Positions 55,733 through 62,232 of a stretch of 64,000 bases of DNA are shown here, in pieces. The translations under genes were made by a program, and so were the position numbers. The stretch is taken from positions 1 through 64,000 of the IMG/VR virus record IMGVR_UViG_3300033418_000001; one strand, written 5' to 3'. Origin of the DNA: a virus. Positions within the stretch are counted from its first letter, which is position 1. Every line of letters begins with the position of its first letter. Under the pieces are notes generated by a model. That model saw only the letters and a program-made list of their open reading frames with translations, had not been told where the DNA came from and did no database searches.

Positions 55733-56406
55733 GAGCAGAGTCCCTTCACCTTGTTGAACTTCGGCAGGGGCGTATCGAACTCGATGCCGCACCCGAGGAG
55801 GATGGCGCCCAACACCTTGTTGGCCGGGGCTTCGACGGTGCAGGGGTAGTGCCCCGACATGTACTTGAAATCGGGCTTGGCCTTGAGGGAGAGACCCTGA
55901 TCCGTGAGCTTGGCCACGGTGAGGGCGTCATCGAGAGCGGCCCCTTCCGCGCGCACCGAGAGTTGGACGCCTTCGACGCGCACCGCGATCTTGAGCTTGT
56001 CGGTCAGCGCCACGGCCACGTAGACCGAACCGGACGACGTGCCCTTGACCCTCTGGTACATGGCGCAGGCGTCGCGCAGGGGGATCACGTCGTTGGACGG
56101 TTCCGGTGCAGACATCTGCACGGGGTCCGAGGGCTTGACGTTGGCCGGGATGCCGCCCGCCTTCTTCTCGTTCTCGATTTCGGTCAGGACGAACAGCATG
56201 AACGAGTTCAGTTCCGCCTGCACCTGAGCCGGGGACGCGAGCCAGTTCATGACGAGCTTGTAGCCCTTGCTGCCGTGCCAGATGGTGAAGAAGTCGTCGC
56301 CCTCCTGCGTGGCGAGACCGAGAGCCTTACAGGTGGCGATACCGTGGGGGTCGCACCCGTAGTTGGTCAGGACGCTGAGGGACTTTTTCTTGAGGATCAG
56401 GGCCAT
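55729..56406 (-). CDS. Hypothetical early protein
   Basis: AAAGGAG RBS and a promoter directly upstream. Confidence 0.65.
   Translation of the reverse strand: MALILKKKSLSVLTNYGCDPHGIATCKALGLATQEGDDFFTIWHGSKGYKLVMNWLASPAQVQAELNSFMLFVLTEIENEKKAGGIPANVKPSDPVQMSAPEPSNDVIPLRDACAMYQRVKGTSSGSVYVAVALTDKLKIAVRVEGVQLSVRAEGAALDDALTVAKLTDQGLSLKAKPDFKYMSGHYPCTVEAPANKVLGAILLGCGIEFDTPLPKFNKVKGLCS
56107..56120. repeat. Dispersed palindrome copy 15 (CA type), intragenic
   Basis: Exact match. Confidence 0.9.
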
Positions 56407-56430
56407 GTGCACTCCTTTGCTGACAGCCTC

Positions 56431-56458
56431 ATTGTACCACAATCAGGGGGAGTGTCAA
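56431..56458 (-). promoter_or_regulatory. sigma70-like promoter
   Basis: TTGACA-16 bp-TACAAT with extended TG. Confidence 0.7.
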
Positions 56459-57246
56459 ACCGTCCCCCAGATGTTGCCGGTCATGGTGAAGGGCTTGATT
56501 TCCACCACCTCGCCGCTGTACTCCTTGGCGATCTTGTTCACGCGCAGGTCAGGGGCACGGCGCAACACCTCATCGAAGTCTCGCCCCGAGCCGGAGTAGG
56601 TCATCGCAGGCGCGCTGTGGTAGGACTTGGGCGCCTTCGCTCCGCGCACTGCGGTGATGTCGAAGTGCTTGGCCAACCAGTCGGCCTGCGCCGTGGTCTC
56701 CACCGCCTTCTCACAGTAGTGGCCACGCACGTAGGTGATCGCATCCTTGACACCGCCGAGCATCCTGACCAGTGCCGCGAGGACCATGCCGGTGCGCCCG
56801 TGGCCACCGATGCAGCCGACGTGCACCGACTTGCCCGCGACGATCTGATCGCAGAGCCATTCGATCATCAGCTTGAACTCGGTGACATCCTTGGGCACCG
56901 ACATGTCGCTGATCGGGAAGTAGATGAACTGGCGCGAGCCGTGCCACGGCCACGCTTGCGGGTCGTGTGCAGTGCCATGGTCGAGCGCCACGTAGATGTC
57001 GAGACCGGTGTGGATTGGATCACCGCACGCGCCACCGTACACGGTGTAGACCTGATCCTTGCCCGTGACCTCGATCAACAGGGGCGGGTGAGAGTGCGCG
57101 CACTTCTGGTAGCCCTTGTGCGCCTTGTGCACCTTGGGGGCCACGCTCGCATCGTATTCGAACCCGGTGTACACCGGGACACCATCCGCCGTCATGCTCG
57201 CATCGAACACGACGGGGAGAGTGTTGCTGCTGATCTTCTTGCCCAT
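56455..57246 (-). CDS. Cys-based (CX5R) protein-tyrosine/dual-specificity phosphatase
   Basis: FPISDMSVP...HVGCIGGHGRTG...AI.YVR..Y...AVET..Q. Confidence 0.85.
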   Translation of the reverse strand: MGKKISSNTLPVVFDASMTADGVPVYTGFEYDASVAPKVHKAHKGYQKCAHSHPPLLIEVTGKDQVYTVYGGACGDPIHTGLDIYVALDHGTAHDPQAWPWHGSRQFIYFPISDMSVPKDVTEFKLMIEWLCDQIVAGKSVHVGCIGGHGRTGMVLAALVRMLGGVKDAITYVRGHYCEKAVETTAQADWLAKHFDITAVRGAKAPKSYHSAPAMTYSGSGRDFDEVLRRAPDLRVNKIAKEYSGEVVEIKPFTMTGNIWGTV

Positions 57247-58259
57247 CACGCCGCCTTCCTTTCGATCACTTCCACCCACGTATCGGGCATCACGTAGAAC
57301 ACCTTCTTGCCCGCCGTCTTCGACTTGAGCATCTGAGCGGTCTTCAGGGTGCTGTAGCTTTGCACCGCGCCCGCCTTCTCCACCTTCACCCAATCCACCG
57401 TGGGGCCGAAGGCTTTCGGGAACAGACTGTCCGCGATGTTGACTATCGCCTTGGCTTGCGGCGTCACGTAGTGATCCTTGACCGGGTGGCAGTCCTTGAT
57501 CAGTTCCGGTATCTGGCCACTGCGCTGCACGTCGAGGATGGTCTTGATCTGGTGCGAATCGTAACCGTGGTAGGTCATCCCCTTGTTGAAGATGGGGCCG
57601 TTGTTGTGGCACAGCGCCCACGACACGTCGGTGGCCACCTCGGGGGTGATGTTGCCTTCGACCAGTTCAAGGAACACCTTGGCGATGTCGGCCCACGGGA
57701 TGCCACCGTACCCACCGGAGAAGCTTCCGTGGCGGAAGGTCCACTCGATGGCAGCAGCGTACTTGCCGAGCTTCATCGTCGGGGCGTTGTTGAGGAACAT
57801 CGACTTCGCCGCCATCGAAGACCCAGAGGAGTGCATCACGGCGTTGAAGTCCACGTAGTCGCTGCCCCACTTCGCCGCCGCCGACGCCTTGAAGGAAGAG
57901 TTGGCGTGCACGTGGCGCGACTCGCGCGAGATGATCAGGAGCAGGTAGTAGAAGAGGCGACGGGCCACATCGCTTGCCGCACCGAGGTAGAGCTTGCCGA
58001 GGGACAGCACGTCGGGCGGCAGCGGTTCATCCGGCCCGTACTGCCTGCACATCTCGGCCCACGCCGCGTTGCCCGCGTAGAACGTGAGGGCTTCGGACTC
58101 GGGGTGAACCAAAGAGCAGGAGGGCAGGTACGCTTGGCACGCCTTGACCGCATCCGAGAGGTCAACGTCCCGCATCGACTTGGCGAGGAAGAGGGGTTGC
58201 CCCTTCAGGTGCGCCAAGGTATTGGGCAGAACGTGGTAGGGGAGAATCAGCTTCGACAT
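57246..58259 (-). CDS. Hypothetical protein (RE.RH / YGG..W / D...H.NG motifs)
   Basis: AAAGGAG RBS and own promoter; conserved-looking polar motifs suggest an enzyme. Confidence 0.65.
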   Translation of the reverse strand: MSKLILPYHVLPNTLAHLKGQPLFLAKSMRDVDLSDAVKACQAYLPSCSLVHPESEALTFYAGNAAWAEMCRQYGPDEPLPPDVLSLGKLYLGAASDVARRLFYYLLLIISRESRHVHANSSFKASAAAKWGSDYVDFNAVMHSSGSSMAAKSMFLNNAPTMKLGKYAAAIEWTFRHGSFSGGYGGIPWADIAKVFLELVEGNITPEVATDVSWALCHNNGPIFNKGMTYHGYDSHQIKTILDVQRSGQIPELIKDCHPVKDHYVTPQAKAIVNIADSLFPKAFGPTVDWVKVEKAGAVQSYSTLKTAQMLKSKTAGKKVFYVMPDTWVEVIERKAA

Positions 58260-58288
58260 CTTTGGCACTCCTTTGCCGTCACAACCCC

Positions 58289-58317
58289 ACTATACGCTAG
58301 TGGCGGGAGACTGTCAA
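58289..58317 (-). promoter_or_regulatory. sigma70-like promoter
   Basis: TTGACA-17 bp-TATAGT. Confidence 0.75.
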
Positions 58318-58829
58318 CGGGGACTCAGGCCCAACCCGGTCGGCTGAAGACCCCGCCGCATCGCCCTGAGCTTGAGCCACGTCAAGTCCCACCGGGTGAA
58401 CGGGGGATCGTACTCGATCACGTACTGCTCCTGATCCTTGGTCTCGATGGCCTTGGCATGGTAGTTGGCCCGCACGTGCCCGATGGCGTTGGGGATGCCC
58501 ATGGCCTTGACGAGCAGCGCGAGGAACAGGCCCGTGCGCCCACGCCCGCCCATGCAACCGACGAACACCGCGTCCTTCGCCGCAAGGTGGTTCAGCACCA
58601 TCCACACCACCGCGTTGGTGCGGTGGAGGTCACGGGGCGTAGAGAAGTCGCCGATGGGCAACTCGATCATGGCGTCAGCCAACACCTCGGGGGCGAGCTT
58701 GACGCCCACGTAGCCGAAGGGCTTGTCGTAGTAGGGGCCACCGAAGACCACACGCCACGCGAACCCCATGGGGACGGGCATGGCCTTGGGCGGCATCTGG
58801 CTGCGTTGGAACTTGGGGTAGACCACCAC
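58314..58829 (-). CDS. Second CX5R phosphatase
   Basis: LPIGDFSTP...FVGCMGGRGRTG...AI.HVR..Y...AIET..Q. Confidence 0.85.
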   Translation of the reverse strand: MVVYPKFQRSQMPPKAMPVPMGFAWRVVFGGPYYDKPFGYVGVKLAPEVLADAMIELPIGDFSTPRDLHRTNAVVWMVLNHLAAKDAVFVGCMGGRGRTGLFLALLVKAMGIPNAIGHVRANYHAKAIETKDQEQYVIEYDPPFTRWDLTWLKLRAMRRGLQPTGLGLSPR

Positions 58830-58843
58830 GGCACACTCCTTTG

Positions 58844-59245
58844 TCAGTACCGCGTTGACATCTTGCGGTTCTGTTCACACGTTGGGCACGGGATGCTCGA
58901 TGGGACCAGACCGGCGTCGCACTTCGTGCACCCCACACCATCACAATGCTCGCACTGATCGAAGACTCGCACTCGGTTGGTGTCCCGGCACGTCATGCAC
59001 CGGTAGTTCATCGCCTCTTCCAACGCGAGCAGTTCGCCCTCGATCACGATGCTGACTACTCTGTTGCCCTCCACCATGAAGATGAAGTCTTCGTACCTGC
59101 GGTTGCCATCAGGGTGCGTGCACCGTGCTGACAACCGAACCATGTCTTGTAGCTGTTCAAGTCCGACGCCCTTATCCTTTGCCCGCGAGACAAGGCTGAG
59201 TGGGATGAGGAAGCGTCGTTGACTTTGGGGGTCGGGGCTTGCCAT
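58844..59245 (-). CDS. Protein with DnaJ-type zinc-finger repeats
   Basis: CMTC, CEHCDGVG, CTKCDAG, CPTC. Confidence 0.6.
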   Translation of the reverse strand: MASPDPQSQRRFLIPLSLVSRAKDKGVGLEQLQDMVRLSARCTHPDGNRRYEDFIFMVEGNRVVSIVIEGELLALEEAMNYRCMTCRDTNRVRVFDQCEHCDGVGCTKCDAGLVPSSIPCPTCEQNRKMSTRY

Positions 59246-59513
59246 ACAACTCCTCGCGCAAGATCACCAACGAGCGTGGTGCCTCGATGACGAGGCGGGG
59301 CAGAGCCGCCCCACCTTCTCGCGCTATTTTAGGCACACCACACGAAACATACACCCCCCGCATGATTTCGGTGGCCTTGAGGTCGGAGATGTCGAAGCTC
59401 TCGCCGTCGATCAACAGCCGCGCGTGCGAGTGCCCAGTCGAAGCGATCACCTTCACCGGGACGTGCCCGAAGTAGATCGTCTCTCCCACGTGGTAGCCGA
59501 GGATCAGTGCCAT
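59172..59513 (-). CDS. CsrA/RsmA-like RNA-binding protein (extended)
   Basis: N-terminal MALILG..VGETI..G...V.VI and C-terminal RLVIEAPR.L.ILREELY match the two ends of CsrA. Confidence 0.55.
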   Translation of the reverse strand: MALILGYHVGETIYFGHVPVKVIASTGHSHARLLIDGESFDISDLKATEIMRGVYVSCGVPKIAREGGAALPRLVIEAPRSLVILREELYGKPRPPKSTTLPHPTQPCLAGKG

Positions 59514-59514
59514 G

Positions 59515-59970
59515 TCATTTCACCTGTAGCAGTCGTTGTGCTGAAGCGGTGAGAACCCACGTGGACCCTCCCGGCAAACCCTTGCGGAACTCGGTGACCA
59601 CCACCAGTCCCTTGTAGCGCAGCACCGTGAGGTGCGAGGACACCTCGTTGGTATCGTACCCGGGCACCGGCTTCTTGTTGTGATTCACCTGTGCCGTGAT
59701 GTCGGCGGTACTCGCTGATCGTAACGCCGCGAGCGCCACCAAGCACTCCCACAATTTGGTGCCCTGCCGTGGCAGGGTCACGTCTTCCGGCTTCTCGCTG
59801 TGGTCGATGATCACGCTGCCAAGCTTGGTCTGTACCAATTTGTGCAGGCCACACAGGCATCGCAGGAACACGTCCTGATGCCCATATTCGAACCACGCCG
59901 ATTCCGAGCCGCACTTGGGACAAATCGCGCGCACCAAGACCCCTCCTTGGGGGTCCATGGTACCGCACAT
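59515..59970 (-). CDS. Zinc-ribbon plus winged helix-turn-helix DNA-binding protein
   Basis: CPKC...CLC, then L..L...ST.DI...TNEVSSHL..L..KGLV...W.LT. Confidence 0.65.
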   Translation of the reverse strand: MCGTMDPQGGVLVRAICPKCGSESAWFEYGHQDVFLRCLCGLHKLVQTKLGSVIIDHSEKPEDVTLPRQGTKLWECLVALAALRSASTADITAQVNHNKKPVPGYDTNEVSSHLTVLRYKGLVVVTEFRKGLPGGSTWVLTASAQRLLQVK

Positions 59971-59971
59971 T

Positions 59972-59985
59972 TGCAGATGTCTGCA
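59972..59985. repeat. Dispersed palindrome copy 16 (TG type), intergenic, at the start of the wHTH gene
   Basis: Exact match. Confidence 0.9.
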
Positions 59986-59988
59986 CGG

Positions 59989-61977
59989 TCATGACAGGAG
60001 GGAGAGCGCCGCCGCGAGGGGCGAGAGGGCGTACTTGGCGCCGCCCTTCAGGGCGTCGGCACCCACCTCGGTCACGCAGTTGAGGGACACGATCTTCTTC
60101 TCGGCGACCACGGCCACCACCTCATCCTTGTTCTTCAGGAGAGCCGCGTGGTCCGCGACCACCATCGCGCCGTCATCGAGAGCCGCGAGGCCGGTCACCG
60201 AGTTGACGGTCGGCACCAGAGTGTAGCCCGCACCCTTGAGGGCCACGCCCGCTTCGAACCCGTTGCCGATCACCTTCACGCCCTTGAGCTTGAGGCTGAC
60301 GAGGGACATCACCTTGTCGGTCTTGTCGCTGTACGGGGCGCCCCAGAGCAGCGCGAGCGGTGCGCTCTCCGGTTCCACCGCCGCTTCGCGGAGGTCCACG
60401 ATCAGGTCGTCGGCCATCGCCGCGATCTTGGCCACCTCGGCTTCGAACTCAGCCACGCCGAGGGCGTAGGCCGGGATGACCACGCGCTTCGCGTTGGCCA
60501 CGTCGCTCGCCTTGGTCGCCACCTCGTAGTACCCGTAGTGGTCGCCGAGCAGCGAGAGGAAGTCCTTCACCGCGCCGCTCACGCCACCCACCATCTTCGG
60601 CTCCACGCCCACCCACACCGCGCCGCTTGCGCCGTCGAGGGCCACCGTGGTGCCCGCAGTGATCAGGCGGACCACACCGCTCGCATCCTTGAAGCTCCAC
60701 CCGTTGGAGGTCTTGTCCAACGCGCTGCAACCCACCACCGCCACCTTGTTGGCGCCGCGCGCCACCACCGCCGCGTGGGAGGTCATCCCGCCGCGAGCAG
60801 TGAAGATGCCGGAGGAGGCGAGCATCCCGCCGATGTCGTCGGGGTCGGTCTCTTGCGTGATCAGGATCACCGGGCCGTTGACCGCTTGGGTCATCGCATC
60901 CGCCGCACTGAACACCGCCTTGCCGATGGCCACGCCCGGGGAAGCCGCGATCCCGGTGGTCATCGGGGGGTTGGCCGCGAGCCACCCGGCATCGAGTGCC
61001 GGTTGCGCCGCCTTCATCAGGTCCGCCGCCGCGACACGCTTGATCGCATCCTCGGTGCTGATCAGCTTCTCGCTCACCAAGTCCACTGCGATCTTCACTG
61101 CCGCCTGCGCGGTGCGCTTGCCGTTGCGGGTCTGAAGGATGTAGAGCTTGCCGTCCTGCACGGTGAACTCGATGTCCTGCATGTCGCGGTTCATCGCCTC
61201 AAGCTTCTCCACGTACCCGCAGAGGTCGGCGTAGACACTCACGTTCCAATCGGCGAGAGAGGTGAGGGGCAGCGGGGTTCTGATCCCTGCCACCACGTCC
61301 TCACCTTGAGCGTTGACGAGGTATTCGCCGATCACCTCGTTCTCGCCGTTCGACGGGTTGCGCGAGAACAGCACACCAGTCGCCGACTTGTCGTTGAGGT
61401 TCCCGAACACCATGGCCTGCACAGTGACCGCAGTGCCGAGAGCATCCGAGATGCCGTACTCCTTGCGGTACGCCTTGGCGCGGTCGTTGTTCCACGACTT
61501 GAACACCGCGATGATCGCGCCGAAGAGTTGGTCATCGAGGTTGTCGGGGAGCGGAGCCTTCACCACGCTCGCGTACATCGAGCAGAGGCGGTCCCAACAG
61601 TTGGACGCGGCATCCTTGCCCAGTCGGTCCCACCACAGCGGGCCATTGGCCTCGGTCATGCCCACGTTCAGGATGGTGTCCATCATCCCCGGCATCGAGA
61701 ACTTCGAACCGGAGCGCACCGAGACGAGGGGCATCACGTTGTTGAAGTGAGAGGCGAGGTCCGACTTGATGGCCGGGATGGCGGTGTAGCGGACCCAGTT
61801 TTCGACCGGGGCCGGGTTCGCCATGTAGTCGCGGCACACGTCGGTGGTGATGATGCAGGCCGGGGGCACCGGGATGCCCGCCTGCGCCATCTTCCAGAGG
61901 TTGAAGCCCTTGCCGCCGAGGAGGTCCGAGGAGAACCCCGCATCGGGCGACTTCAGGGAAACGAGACGGTCAGCCAT
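59989..61977 (-). CDS. PPDK-like dikinase (ATP-grasp plus phospho-His domain) lacking the pyruvate-binding barrel
   Basis: LGGKG, LVSVRSG..FSMPGMMDT.LN.G, VQAMVFGN, GEDVVAG.RTP, DIEFT, LQTR, GGMTSHAAVVARG; only about 200 unrelated residues follow. Confidence 0.85.
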   Translation of the reverse strand: MADRLVSLKSPDAGFSSDLLGGKGFNLWKMAQAGIPVPPACIITTDVCRDYMANPAPVENWVRYTAIPAIKSDLASHFNNVMPLVSVRSGSKFSMPGMMDTILNVGMTEANGPLWWDRLGKDAASNCWDRLCSMYASVVKAPLPDNLDDQLFGAIIAVFKSWNNDRAKAYRKEYGISDALGTAVTVQAMVFGNLNDKSATGVLFSRNPSNGENEVIGEYLVNAQGEDVVAGIRTPLPLTSLADWNVSVYADLCGYVEKLEAMNRDMQDIEFTVQDGKLYILQTRNGKRTAQAAVKIAVDLVSEKLISTEDAIKRVAAADLMKAAQPALDAGWLAANPPMTTGIAASPGVAIGKAVFSAADAMTQAVNGPVILITQETDPDDIGGMLASSGIFTARGGMTSHAAVVARGANKVAVVGCSALDKTSNGWSFKDASGVVRLITAGTTVALDGASGAVWVGVEPKMVGGVSGAVKDFLSLLGDHYGYYEVATKASDVANAKRVVIPAYALGVAEFEAEVAKIAAMADDLIVDLREAAVEPESAPLALLWGAPYSDKTDKVMSLVSLKLKGVKVIGNGFEAGVALKGAGYTLVPTVNSVTGLAALDDGAMVVADHAALLKNKDEVVAVVAEKKIVSLNCVTEVGADALKGGAKYALSPLAAALSLLS

Positions 61978-62010
61978 TCAGCACTCCTTTGCGATTTGGC
62001 CTACAACGTC

Positions 62011-62039
62011 ATACTACCCCTTCGGGTACAGACTGTCAA
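62011..62039 (-). promoter_or_regulatory. sigma70-like promoter
   Basis: TTGACA-17 bp-TAGTAT upstream of the AAAGGAG RBS of the PPDK-like gene. Confidence 0.7.
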
Positions 62040-62232
62040 GCATCTTGCGGCCCTTGTAGTACGAGGCGTACTGCGCCTTGTCCTCGGGCGTGCCGCCGAT
62101 GGTCTCGGGCGTCATGCCGTCGTTGTACAGGGCTTCCAAGGTCCAGTCCGACAGGGGCGCGTTGGCCGGGAACATGGCGTTGTCGCCAAGTCGGTCACGG
62201 GCCTCTGCGTAGGTCATCTTCGGGTCTGCCAT
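62014..62232 (-). CDS. Small hypothetical protein
   Basis: GGAGG RBS before ATG 62232. Confidence 0.5.
   Translation of the reverse strand: MADPKMTYAEARDRLGDNAMFPANAPLSDWTLEALYNDGMTPETIGGTPEDKAQYASYYKGRKMLDSLYPKG

Noticed and set aside
6402-59985. Palindrome as a CRISPR repeat, REP/MITE or sequencing adapter
   Set aside because: Copies are kilobases apart, only 14-16 bp long, have no spacers, target duplications or conserved flanks, keep reading frames intact and match no adapter I know.
59989-61977. Calling this gene ppdK (canonical pyruvate phosphate dikinase)
   Set aside because: It lacks the C-terminal PEP/pyruvate-binding barrel, so the symbol is withheld.
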